From an uncultured Acidobacteriota bacterium (GTDB lineage: Bacteria > Acidobacteriota > Blastocatellia > RBC074), in assembly GCA_963796275.1 (NCBI GenBank), contig CAWCKY010000004.1:1088001-1152000 (forward strand): DNA of 64,000 nucleotides, written 5' to 3'. Under the pieces are notes generated by a model that was not told the DNA's origin, did no database searches, and saw nothing but the letters and a program-made list of their open reading frames with translations. The position numbers were made by a program, and so were the translations under genes. Numbering within the stretch: position 1 is the first letter of the stretch; each line of letters starts with the position of its first letter. Positions 20,406-29,963 of this stretch are shown piece after piece.

Positions 20406-21473
20406 ATGATAAAACGAATATATACTTTGCTGATCGCCGGCGCGGCGTTACTTATTACGCTCAACGCTCAAACAACCACGATTGCAAGTTCCGCGCTTGC
20501 AGTCGGTACGCCGGCGCCCGACTTTACTCTCCCAGACCTCAAAGGCCAGAACCACACGCTCAAAGACTACCGCGGCAAGATCGTGGCTCTCGGGTTCATC
20601 TCGACTAATTGTCCGATCTCGAATGACTACAATGCCCGCATGCGCGCGATCGCTGAAGACTACGATAAACAGAACGTGGTATTTCTGGGCATCAACTCGA
20701 ACTACAATGAGCCCCCGGCGGCAATCAAGACTCACGCGGCCAAAAACAACCTGACTTTCCCGATTCTCAAAGACGAAGGCAATAAGATTGCCGACGCGTA
20801 TAGCGCGCAGCGCACGCCCGAGATTTTCCTGATCGATACAGAGGGGGTGCTGCGTTATCACGGGCGCATTGATAACTCGCGGGAAGTGCGGCGAGTCAAT
20901 CGCCAGGATCTGCGCACAGCCCTGAATGAACTGATCGAAGGCAAGGCCGTAAGCGTCACCGAAGGGAAAGCCTTCGGCTGCCCGATCAAAAGATCGCAGG
21001 GCGCGCAAAAGATTAAAGCCGTTGGGACCAGGACGAAGGTCGCCGAACCTAAAGTGACAACTCTCAAACCCGCCGATTTCAACAAATACAAAGACGCGGC
21101 GAAGGGGAAAGTTTTAGTGGTCAATTTCTGGGCGACCTGGTGCGGTCCCTGTGTAGCCGAGTTTCCGGAACTTATCGCGATCGACGCCAAATATCGCGAC
21201 AAAGGCGTGAAGATGGCCGGCATCAGCGTCGATGAGGTCGCCGAAATAAAGAGCAAGGTTGTTCCGTTTATCAAGGAGCAGAAGGCGGCGTTCGACATCC
21301 TCGTCCAGGATTCCAGTGATCCAGAGGAGATAATAAATCTCATCGATAAGAACTGGCAGGGGACGCTGCCGACGACGTTCGTCTTCGACAAACAGGGCGC
21401 CATCGCCTACACAGTTTACGGCATTCTCGATCGCGAATTGCTGGTTGAGGCGATCGAGAAGGCATTGAAGTAA
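20406..21473 (+). CDS. Secreted two-domain redoxin (peroxiredoxin-like + TlpA-like)
   Basis: Domain 1 STNCPIS...AQRTPEIF...YHGRID...FGCPIK; domain 2 VVNFWATWCGPCVAEFP. Confidence 0.88.
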   Translation: MIKRIYTLLIAGAALLITLNAQTTTIASSALAVGTPAPDFTLPDLKGQNHTLKDYRGKIVALGFISTNCPISNDYNARMRAIAEDYDKQNVVFLGINSNYNEPPAAIKTHAAKNNLTFPILKDEGNKIADAYSAQRTPEIFLIDTEGVLRYHGRIDNSREVRRVNRQDLRTALNELIEGKAVSVTEGKAFGCPIKRSQGAQKIKAVGTRTKVAEPKVTTLKPADFNKYKDAAKGKVLVVNFWATWCGPCVAEFPELIAIDAKYRDKGVKMAGISVDEVAEIKSKVVPFIKEQKAAFDILVQDSSDPEEIINLIDKNWQGTLPTTFVFDKQGAIAYTVYGILDRELLVEAIEKALK

Positions 21474-21666
21474 ATCAATTTGTATCCGCTCAGGCCGCTG
21501 ATGGTCTTTGAAAAATAATCTTACTTCCCGCTTCACCGCCCCTGTCTCAGGTTGAATTTAGCACGGCCAATGGTGGCCGCAGGCGAGATTGTCAGGTTAT
21601 TTATTCGACGACCATAATCGGGTTGAGGGGCAGAAAGAAACATCAAATCGCAGGAGACAATTCTTC

Positions 21667-22899
21667 GTGGCAATTGTTAAGGCTTTTCGCGCTCTAAGGC
21701 CGCTACCCGAACAAGCCGCTGCTGTCGCAAGCGTACCTTACGATGTCGTAAACACCGAAGAAGCGCGCGCGCTGGCGGGCGACAACCCGCTGAGCTTCCT
21801 GCGCGCCTCACGGCCCGAAATAGAAATGCCCGACGGGACCGATCCTTATTCTGACGAGGTCTATCGACGGGCGGCATCCAATTTTGATCGCCTTATCGCT
21901 TCAGCCCCGCTCATCATCGAAGACGACCCGCGTCTCTATCTTTATCGCCTGCGATTGGGTGACCAGGAGCAGACCGGACTGGTCGCCTGCTGCTCCATCG
22001 ATGAATACGATAACGACATCATCCTCAAACACGAACGCACGAGGCGCGACAAAGAGGACGATCGTACGCGCCACATGCTCACGCTGCGCGCGCAGACCGG
22101 CCCTGTCTTCATGACCTATCGCCCGTCAAAAACCATAAATGAGCTGATCAGTAAGCTCACGCTCGCCGCGCCGCTCTTCGATTTCAACGCGCCTGATGGC
22201 ATTGCGCACACGATTTGGCGTGTGCCCGGGGATGCGAACGAAGCTTTGATCGAAGCCTTCAAGCATGTGCCGCAGTTTTATATCGCCGATGGGCATCATC
22301 GCGCGAAGAGCGCCAGCCGTGCGCGCGAGACTTTGCGCGCGGAAAACCCGCAGCATAACGGGCAAGAGGAGTATAATTTTTTCGAATGTGTGCTCTTCCC
22401 CGCCGATCAGGTGCATATTCTTCCTTATAACCGGGTCATCAAAGACCTCAATCATCACACCCCAGAAGAATTTTTGAGCGAGATCCGCCGCGAGTTCGAA
22501 CTGACGGAAAATGCCGGCTCGCAACCGAAAACCCGCGGGGCATTTTCGATGTATCTCAACGGCCGCTGGTACGGGCTGGCGGTCAAGCATGATGTCACGA
22601 AGCCACTCAAGGTCGGCGATCGCCTCGACGTCAGCGTCTTGCAGAACCAGTTGCTGGCGCCCGTGCTCGGAATTCAGGATCAGCGCACCGATAAACGGCT
22701 AGATTTCATCGGAGGCATGCGCGGCACGCGCGAACTCGAGCGGCTGGTCGACCAGGGATATGCGGCGGTCGCATTCTCACTCTATCCTGTCACGGTCGAC
22801 GACCTGATGATGATATCCGATGCCGGCGAGATCATGCCGCCGAAATCGACATGGTTCGAGCCGAAATTGAGAGACGGATTGCTGAGTCATCTTATATGA
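21667..22899 (+). CDS. DUF1015 family protein
   Basis: GTG start after AGGAGA; VPYDVV, ILKHERTR, YIADGHHRA, MPPKSTWFEPKLRDGL. Confidence 0.9.
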   Translation: MAIVKAFRALRPLPEQAAAVASVPYDVVNTEEARALAGDNPLSFLRASRPEIEMPDGTDPYSDEVYRRAASNFDRLIASAPLIIEDDPRLYLYRLRLGDQEQTGLVACCSIDEYDNDIILKHERTRRDKEDDRTRHMLTLRAQTGPVFMTYRPSKTINELISKLTLAAPLFDFNAPDGIAHTIWRVPGDANEALIEAFKHVPQFYIADGHHRAKSASRARETLRAENPQHNGQEEYNFFECVLFPADQVHILPYNRVIKDLNHHTPEEFLSEIRREFELTENAGSQPKTRGAFSMYLNGRWYGLAVKHDVTKPLKVGDRLDVSVLQNQLLAPVLGIQDQRTDKRLDFIGGMRGTRELERLVDQGYAAVAFSLYPVTVDDLMMISDAGEIMPPKSTWFEPKLRDGLLSHLI

Positions 22900-23046
22900 G
22901 GCCTGTGCAAATTAAGTTGGTTATTATCAAGCTCCTGATGGGCTCGGGAATAGTTCTATAGATATCCCGCGCCTTGGCGCTCAGGACCGATAACGTTGAT
23001 CTCAATGACCTTTTATTTGCATACTCTTCATCTTATTTAGGTGGAT

Positions 23047-23118
23047 GCGAAAAAGGCGAAGAAGGGCAAAAAAGACAAGAAGCCTGCCTTTTTTGCCTTT
23101 TTTTACTTTTTTTACTGC
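23047..23118. repeat. Inverted 9-mer-type array (A-rich then T-rich)
   Basis: gcgaaaaag gcgaagaag ggcaaaaaa gacaagaag ... cctttttt gccttttttt actttttttact. Confidence 0.75.
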
Positions 23119-23133
23119 CCCACGACTTTCGCT

Positions 23134-24354
23134 ATGAAAGTTCTGATAGCCGACAAATTCGAGGAGAATGGAATCAACGGCCTGAAAATGATCGGCTGCG
23201 AGGTCATCTATAACGCCGATCTGAAGGACGAAGCGCTCGTCCACGCGATACGCGCTGCGCAAGCGGACGTGCTCATCGTGCGGTCAACCAGGGTGACGGA
23301 GGCGATGTTCGATGCGGGAGGTCTCAGTCTCGTCGTGCGGGCCGGAGCGGGTTTCAACACAATTGACGTCGACGCCGCTTCCGCGCGCGGCGTCTTTGTC
23401 TCTAACTGTCCCGGTAAAAATTCTATTGCCGTCGCCGAACTGGCGTTCGGTTTAATCCTGGCCCTCGACCGCCGCATCCCTGACAACGTTGCAGAACTAC
23501 GAGCCGGCAAATGGAACAAGAAAGAGTTCAGCAAGGCGCCGGGGCTATACGGGCGCACGCTCGGGCTGATCGGCCTCGGCCGGATAGGCCGTGAAATGGT
23601 GCAGCGCGCTAAGGCGTTCGGTATGAATGTGACGGGCTGGAGCCGCAATCTGACGCCGGATTCGGCGGCCGGAATGGGAATCGTTTTCCGACCGTCGATC
23701 ATCGAAGTGTTTCGCGATTGTGACATCGTCAGTCTTCATCTGGCTCTCACACCCGAAACTCGCGGGATAATCAATGCCGATATCTTCCATAATATGCGGC
23801 CGGGCGCTTACCTCATCAACACTTCGCGCGCTGAAATCGTCGATCAATCGGCGCTGGCGCAAGCAATCAAGGAGAAAGGTATAAGGGCAGGGCTCGATGT
23901 TTTCGCCGGCGAACCTTCCGGCGCCACGGGCGAGTTCGGCGATAGCATCATTCAGCTTCCCGATGTCTATGGCACGCATCACATCGGCGCCTCAACCGAT
24001 CAGGCCCAGGAAGCCATAGCCGCCGAGACCGTCCGCATCATCCGGACATACAAAGAGACGGGAAAAGTGCCCAACGTCGTCAACCTCTCCGAACGCACGC
24101 CGGCAACCCACCTGCTCGTCGTTCGCCATCGCGATCGTCCCGGCGTACTGGCTCACGTCTTCAATGAGATCAAGGCAGCCCAAATAAACGTGCAAGAAAT
24201 GGAGAACATCGTTTTCGAAGGCGCCGAGGCCGCCATCGCACGAATCGGCCTCGATGCGCCGCTCGCCGCCGAATCACTATCCCGCATTCGCGATAGCAAT
24301 AGCGACATCATAGAGATCAACTTAATAAAATTGAATACAGAGGTATCGATATAA
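23134..24354 (+). CDS. serA: D-3-phosphoglycerate dehydrogenase with ACT domain
   Basis: MKVLIADK, RAGAGFNTID, GLIGLGRIG, INTSRA, HHIGAST, ACT domain HRDRPGVL; adjacent to serC. Confidence 0.85.
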   Translation: MKVLIADKFEENGINGLKMIGCEVIYNADLKDEALVHAIRAAQADVLIVRSTRVTEAMFDAGGLSLVVRAGAGFNTIDVDAASARGVFVSNCPGKNSIAVAELAFGLILALDRRIPDNVAELRAGKWNKKEFSKAPGLYGRTLGLIGLGRIGREMVQRAKAFGMNVTGWSRNLTPDSAAGMGIVFRPSIIEVFRDCDIVSLHLALTPETRGIINADIFHNMRPGAYLINTSRAEIVDQSALAQAIKEKGIRAGLDVFAGEPSGATGEFGDSIIQLPDVYGTHHIGASTDQAQEAIAAETVRIIRTYKETGKVPNVVNLSERTPATHLLVVRHRDRPGVLAHVFNEIKAAQINVQEMENIVFEGAEAAIARIGLDAPLAAESLSRIRDSNSDIIEINLIKLNTEVSI

Positions 24355-25445
24355 TGACCGAACGCATTTATAACTTCAGTGCTGGCCCCGCCGTATTGCC
24401 CGAGGCCGTGCTCAAACAGGCTCAAGGGGAGCTGTTCGCACTTCCCGGAGTCGGGATGTCGGTGCTGGAAATAAGCCATCGCTCAACTACGTTCGAGCGG
24501 ATCATCAATGAAGCGGAGGCTGATTTGAGGAAGTTGCTCGCCATTCCGGAGAGCTACAAAGTACTCTTCCTGCAGGGGGGTGCGAGCCTGCAATTTGCGA
24601 TGGTTCCTATGAATCTGCTTCCGAAGGGAGGGAGCGCCGATTATCTCCTCACAGGCAGTTGGGGGCAGGGCGCATTCAAAGAGGCCAAGAAGTTCGGGGC
24701 CGCGCGCGAGGCCGCGTCGACGGCGGATACCAATTTCAACCGCCTACCGCATCCCGAAGAGCTCAAGCTCGACCCGAAGGCAGCCTATCTGCATTTCACT
24801 TCGAATGAGACGATCTTCGGGGTCGAGTTCCAGGAAGAGCCGGAGGCGGGCGACGTGCCTCTGGTTTGCGATATGTCGTCGAACTTCATCAGCAAACCGA
24901 TCGACGTATCGAAGTATGGGTTGATTTACGCGGGAGCGCAGAAGAATGCGGGGCCTGCCGGCGCGACGATGGCCATCATACGCGAGGACCTGCTGGAAAG
25001 AGCGCCCCAGGGCTTACCAGCAATGCTCGATTACAAAAATCTGGTCAAGAGCGATTCGATGTACAACACGCCGCCGTGCTTTGCGATCTACATTTGCGGT
25101 CTGGTATTCAAGTGGCTGCTCAACGACATCGGCGGCCTCGAACAAATTCATACCAATAACGAGGCGAAGGCCAAAATTCTTTATGACGCCATCGATGCTT
25201 CGGACGGCTATTATCGCGGTCACGCTGAAAAGGACTGCCGCAGCCTGATGAATGTCACGCTCCGGTTGCCCAATGAAGAGCTGGAAAAGAAATTCATCAA
25301 GGAATCGACGGCGGCGGGGCTCGACGGCTTGAAAGGCCACCGCTCGGTCGGCGGGTTACGGGCATCGATCTACAACGCCTTTCCGAAAGATGGTGTGGTC
25401 AGGTTGGTAGAGTTTATGCGCGAATTCGAACGGAAGAACGGATGA
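24354..25445 (+). CDS. serC: Phosphoserine aminotransferase
   Basis: YNFSAGPAVLP, FLQGGASLQF, YAGAQKN, NTPP, GHRSVGGLRASIYNA. Confidence 0.97.
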   Translation: MTERIYNFSAGPAVLPEAVLKQAQGELFALPGVGMSVLEISHRSTTFERIINEAEADLRKLLAIPESYKVLFLQGGASLQFAMVPMNLLPKGGSADYLLTGSWGQGAFKEAKKFGAAREAASTADTNFNRLPHPEELKLDPKAAYLHFTSNETIFGVEFQEEPEAGDVPLVCDMSSNFISKPIDVSKYGLIYAGAQKNAGPAGATMAIIREDLLERAPQGLPAMLDYKNLVKSDSMYNTPPCFAIYICGLVFKWLLNDIGGLEQIHTNNEAKAKILYDAIDASDGYYRGHAEKDCRSLMNVTLRLPNEELEKKFIKESTAAGLDGLKGHRSVGGLRASIYNAFPKDGVVRLVEFMREFERKNG

Positions 25446-25449
25446 AAAT

Positions 25450-25912
25450 AGTTTTCAGTTTTTAGTTTTCAGTTTTCAGTTGCTGATCGAGACAGCTCAG
25501 CTAAAAACTGAAAACTGATATTAACCGCTCAGCCTTTTCGCCGCGTTAGCGGCGGTTGATTGTAGCCGTGGGTTTTAACCCACGGTGGCGGTAGATTTTT
25601 TTCACGTCGCGTCAGCGACGGTTGAATTCAGGCGTCGCTAACGCGACGCGGGAATATCCTTCAAGCATTCCGTGGGTTAAAACCCACGGCTACAATCAAC
25701 CGCCGCTACGCGGCGAAAAGGCTGAGCAGTCACTTTTAGTTTTTCAGTTTTTAGCGTCTTCAATCGTCTTTCGAGACCACATATCTGAAAACTGAGAAAC
25801 TAGAACCTGAAAACTATTTTTCAGTTTTTAGTCTTCAATCCTCGTTCGAGACCATATAACTGAAAGCTGAAATACTAGAAACTGAAAACTGAAAACTAAA
25901 AACTGAAAACTG
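25450..25912. repeat. Three inverted (GTTTTCA)n/(AAACTGA)n hairpin units plus an inserted REPIN
   Basis: Units at 25450-25518, about 25734-25815 and about 25817-25912; each has TCGAGAC in its loop. Confidence 0.9.
25522..25732. mobile_element. REPIN/MITE-like element with GTAG-type REPs
   Basis: About 63-bp terminal inverted repeats containing GTAG-CCGTGGGTTTTAACCCACGG; inner pair CGTCGCGTCAGCGACG / CGTCGCTAACGCGACG. Confidence 0.8.
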
Positions 25913-25916
25913 TTTT

Positions 25917-27329
25917 ATGGCTGAAAAAGAGATGACCATTGATCAACCGTTGGATTCCCCCTCCGCTAGTGCCGGCCTGCACCGCGCGTTGGGAGTGTGG
26001 GCGGCCACCGCATTTGTAATCACCAATATGGTCGGCACAGGAATATTCACTGTCCCGGCATTTGTCAGGAGCGCGACCGGCAATGGGATGGCAGCGCTTG
26101 CCGTGTGGGCAGTTGGTGGCGGGCTTGCGCTCTGCGGAGCTTTCTGCTACGCGGAGTTGGCGACGCGGATGCCTGAGGCAGGCGGTGAGTATCACTTTGT
26201 TACGCGTACTTATGGGCGGTTGTGGGGATTTCTGAGCGGATGGATATCGTTCTTCGTCGGGTTCTCGGCACCGATCGCCGTCGCCTCGTTGGGAGCGGCT
26301 GCTTATTCATTTTCAGTTCTGGGATTGAATCCCGGTGCGCCGATCTTCGGACAATCGAGGATAACTCAGGGCGGAGTCGCGGCGGCTTGTCTGATAGTTG
26401 TGCTGTCGCTTTTTCATTCATCAGGGGTCCGTCCCAGCGGACGGCTGCAAACCATCATTGCGGGGCTCGTTATCGGGGCGATCGTGATTCTGGTGATAGC
26501 CGGCCTCACCACCGGAGAGGGCGATTGGAGAGGAGTGATCGAGGGATCGGAGGCGCCGGAGGGCTGGTGGCTCGCCCTGATTCCGGTCAGTTTCGCATAC
26601 AGCGGGTGGAACGCGGCTGCTTATCTGGCTGGAGAAGCTCACAATCCGCTCCGCACGCTGCCACGCGCGCTGATCGGCGGCACACTCGCGGTGACGACTC
26701 TTTATCTTGCACTCAACCTGCTCTTTTTCTATGCGCTGCCCCCCGAAGCCTGGGAGGCTACAAACGAGAGCGAGAAGATAGGCATCGGGGCGGTCGCCGC
26801 CCGTTATTTATTCGGCCCTGTCGGCGAGAAATTCGTGGGCATCATCATTGCATTGGCGATTATCGGTTCGGTCAGCGCGATGACTGCCGTTGGACCGCGG
26901 GTCTATTATGCGATGTCACGCGATGGACTCGCTCCGGCGATCTTCAGTCGGTTGGGCCGGCGCAGCGGAGCGCCAACCATGGCCACACTCGTTCAAGCTA
27001 TTCTGGCGGTGATGTTGGCATTGACCGGGGCTTTCGGGTTCTTGTTGACTTATGTCGGCTCCGCCCTGCTACTTTTCAACGGACTGACGGTCGCTTCCGT
27101 TTACCTGGTCAGGCGTAAATCGGTGACCGGTTCGACTCCATATTTCCGCGTCCCGGGCTATCCCGTGACGCCGGGGATATTCCTGGTGCTCGTCGTAATA
27201 GTATGGGTTTATGGATTGAAGAGGGAACCAGAGCCGACTATCGCGGCGCTGGTAACCATTGTGGCGGGCGCGCTGGTCTATTTGATCGGCCGCTCATACG
27301 GCTGGATCAGCGAGAAAGCGGAGAAGTAA
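25917..27329 (+). CDS. Amino acid permease (APC superfamily)
   Basis: NMVGTGIF, YAELATRMPEAGGEY, FAYSGWN; about 12 TM helices. Confidence 0.93.
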   Translation: MAEKEMTIDQPLDSPSASAGLHRALGVWAATAFVITNMVGTGIFTVPAFVRSATGNGMAALAVWAVGGGLALCGAFCYAELATRMPEAGGEYHFVTRTYGRLWGFLSGWISFFVGFSAPIAVASLGAAAYSFSVLGLNPGAPIFGQSRITQGGVAAACLIVVLSLFHSSGVRPSGRLQTIIAGLVIGAIVILVIAGLTTGEGDWRGVIEGSEAPEGWWLALIPVSFAYSGWNAAAYLAGEAHNPLRTLPRALIGGTLAVTTLYLALNLLFFYALPPEAWEATNESEKIGIGAVAARYLFGPVGEKFVGIIIALAIIGSVSAMTAVGPRVYYAMSRDGLAPAIFSRLGRRSGAPTMATLVQAILAVMLALTGAFGFLLTYVGSALLLFNGLTVASVYLVRRKSVTGSTPYFRVPGYPVTPGIFLVLVVIVWVYGLKREPEPTIAALVTIVAGALVYLIGRSYGWISEKAEK

Positions 27330-27368
27330 AGTACGAAAACCCTGGCTTACGATTTTGAGGAGTGTGTG

Positions 27369-27986
27369 ATGAGAAGACTGAAAATATTATTACTTGTTCT
27401 CCCCATCTTTCTACTTGGCGCGCAGCAAGCACAGCAGCGTCGCGATCCGCAGGAGTATATCAAGCGACTCGAGGCGGAGCAGCGCGTCAAAGAGTTGCAG
27501 GTCGATCGGGTGGTTGAGACGCTCAAAATTTCACCGGGGCAGAAAATTGCCGATCTGGGTGCAGGATCGGGGCTCTTCACGCGCCCGATCGCCCGAAAGG
27601 TCGGAGAAACCGGGAAAGTCTTCGCCATTGACATCGACCCGGAGTTACTGAAACACATCGAAAAAACCGCGGATAATCCGGCCAACATCCGCACAGTACT
27701 GGGCGCAGAAGACGATCCGAATATCCCCGAGCGGGTTGATCTGATCGTAATTATCGACACGCTCCATCACATCCGTAACCGTGCAACTTATCTCAAGAAA
27801 TTGCGCGATTACCTGCAGCCTTCCGGGCGCATCGCCATCCTCGACTTCAGCAAGAACTGGCCGCAAGACCATGAGCAGATGAAATACGCGCTGGATGAAC
27901 TCGAGGGGTGGATGAAATCAGCAGGATACAAAAGGGTTGAAAAGCACGACTTCTTGAATAACAATTTCTTTGTAATCTATCAGTAA
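27369..27986 (+). CDS. Class I SAM-dependent methyltransferase with signal peptide
   Basis: IADLGAGSG, VFAIDID, DTLHHI. Confidence 0.88.
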   Translation: MRRLKILLLVLPIFLLGAQQAQQRRDPQEYIKRLEAEQRVKELQVDRVVETLKISPGQKIADLGAGSGLFTRPIARKVGETGKVFAIDIDPELLKHIEKTADNPANIRTVLGAEDDPNIPERVDLIVIIDTLHHIRNRATYLKKLRDYLQPSGRIAILDFSKNWPQDHEQMKYALDELEGWMKSAGYKRVEKHDFLNNNFFVIYQ

Positions 27987-28005
27987 ACCATCAGGTCGTT
28001 CGCAT

Positions 28006-28753
28006 ATGGCCGCACCGATTGTCCCAATGCTGTGCATGTCGTTCCTCATATTCCACGGCTGCGCAATCCAGAAGCCTGAGGACTCAGCCGGTGGCGGATA
28101 TCAAACGAAAAACACATCCGAAGATGAATTCAAAGATGAGCGCCTGCAAATGGTCGATCGGCAGATACCGCGCCCGAAGGATCAATAACCAGGCAGTCCT
28201 GAATGCTATGAAGAAAGTCCCGCGCCACCGTTTCGTATCTGCAGAAAACGCCACTTCAGCTTACGAAGATTTTCCGCTGCCCATCGGTCAGGGCCAGACC
28301 ATATCTCAACCTTACATAGTCGCCTATATGACGGAGGCCGCCGAAATTTCTGATAATGACAAGGTATTGGAGATAGGCACTGGTTCCGGCTATCAGGCCG
28401 CCATCCTCGGCGAACTTGCCAAAGAGGTCTATACCATAGAGATCATACCCGAATTAGCCGAACAAGCGCGGCGGACGCTCGATGAACTCGGATACAAGAA
28501 CATAACGGTGAAGGCCGGCAATGGGTACGAAGGCTGGGCCGAACATGCCCCCTTTGATGGAATCCTGGTCACAGCCGCGCCGGATGAGGTTCCGCAAGCG
28601 CTGATCGATCAACTGGCGATGAACGGAAAGTTGATAATTCCGGTCGGTGCGGGGGACCAGGAGATGACGATTATCACGAAAACAGCCAAGGGCGTGATCG
28701 AGAAGCGAACTATACCCGTGAGATTTGTGCCGATGACGGGAAAACCAAAATAG
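28006..28753 (+). CDS. pcm: Protein-L-isoaspartate O-methyltransferase, frameshifted at about 28168
   Basis: ERLQMVDRQI | RARRINNQAVLNAMKKVPRHRF, GQTISQPYIVA, LEIGTGSGYQAA, VRFVPM; one extra C joins the two frames. Confidence 0.9.
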
Positions 28754-28920
28754 TTGATAGTTGATAGTTGATAGTTGATAGTTGATAGTTGATAGTTGAC
28801 ATACGCTTGGCAACAAGTGTCCGCGCTATCAACTACAACTACAACTACAACTACAACTACAACTACAACTACAACTACAACTACAACTACAACTACAACT
28901 ATCACTATCAACTATCAACT
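28751..28920. repeat. Inverted (TAGTTGA)x7 ... (CAACTA)n/(TCAACTA)n array
   Basis: Read directly; contains the stop codons of both convergent genes. Confidence 0.95.
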
Positions 28921-29857
28921 CTTCATATACTCTGCTTGCATCTGCGATTACCCTGTTATCAAATCCGAACCCATCGAACCAAACCGTATTCTTCTGTGCT
29001 CGCCACCAGGTCCACTGACGTTTCGCATAATGTCGGGTGTCGAGCTTCATCTGTTCGATCGCGGATTCCAGAGTTCGCAGTCCCATTAGATATTCGACAA
29101 ATCGTTTGTACCCATGCGCGTTAAAGGCTTTCGCGGTGAGAGGAACGCCCGACGCTACCAGACTCTGAATTTCTGCGAGCATGCCGTTCTCGAGCATAAT
29201 GTCGACGCGGTTGTTGATGCGTTCATAGAGTTCTTCGCGCGGAGGCTGAAGCACGAAGTAGCGCAAGCGGGCGTCGAATTCGGTTGGCTCTTCCGGCGTC
29301 AGCCCCTGCCACACGGACAGCGGCGTGCGCGATGAGAAATAGACTTCGAGCGCACGAATAATCCGCGACCAGTCTCCAGATGAAAACTTCAGAGCAAGCT
29401 TCGGATCGACGCGTTCGAGCATTCGATGCAAATGCGGCGCACCGCGTTTCCGCATAATTTCCCGCAATCGCGGCCTGAGCGAATCATCGATTGTTGGCGA
29501 ATCAAAGAATCTCGTCGTAAGCGCGCGCAGATAAAAGCCGGTCCCTCCGACCAGGAATGCGCGTTTGCCTCGTACCTCGATTTGCGTGATGGCTTCCCTT
29601 GCCTTCTCAGCCCAGGCGACCGCAGTGAAATTTTCAGTCGGGTCAGCTATGTCAATCAGATGATGGGGAATTCCCCGTCTTTCATCCATCGGCACTTTAG
29701 CTGTAGCGATGTAAATACCCCGATAGACCTGAACCGAATCGCAGTTGACTATCTCGCCATTGAACCGTTCCGCAAGCGCGATACCGAGATCGCTCTTGCC
29801 CGAAGCCGTCGGGCCTACAACTGCGATGAGAGGCAGCGTTGAAAATGCCTTAGTCAT
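28829..29857 (-). CDS. miaA: tRNA dimethylallyltransferase with a repeat-encoded (Cys-Ser)11 tail
   Basis: VGPTASGKS, DSVQVYRG, IPHHLID, VGGTGFY, TRHYAKRQWTW. Confidence 0.95.
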   Translation of the reverse strand: MTKAFSTLPLIAVVGPTASGKSDLGIALAERFNGEIVNCDSVQVYRGIYIATAKVPMDERRGIPHHLIDIADPTENFTAVAWAEKAREAITQIEVRGKRAFLVGGTGFYLRALTTRFFDSPTIDDSLRPRLREIMRKRGAPHLHRMLERVDPKLALKFSSGDWSRIIRALEVYFSSRTPLSVWQGLTPEEPTEFDARLRYFVLQPPREELYERINNRVDIMLENGMLAEIQSLVASGVPLTAKAFNAHGYKRFVEYLMGLRTLESAIEQMKLDTRHYAKRQWTWWRAQKNTVWFDGFGFDNRVIADASRVYEELIVDSDSCSCSCSCSCSCSCSCSCSCSCS

Positions 29858-29963
29858 TCTGGGAGATTGAACCAACGATAGAACGCAATGACAAGTAGAA
29901 TGGTGAAGAGCAGCCAGATGCCGAGTTGTTGTTTTCTGGTCATACTATCAGGAAAGATTGCGA

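Noticed and set aside
23041-23133. 31-aa N-terminal extension of SerA in the ORF track
   Set aside because: Derived from the inverted repeat; MKVLIADK at 23134 is the family-typical start.
28454-29124. Poly-Val, poly-Thr, (NY)n and (QLSTINY)n ORFs
   Set aside because: Translations of the microsatellite in shadow frames overlapping pcm and miaA.
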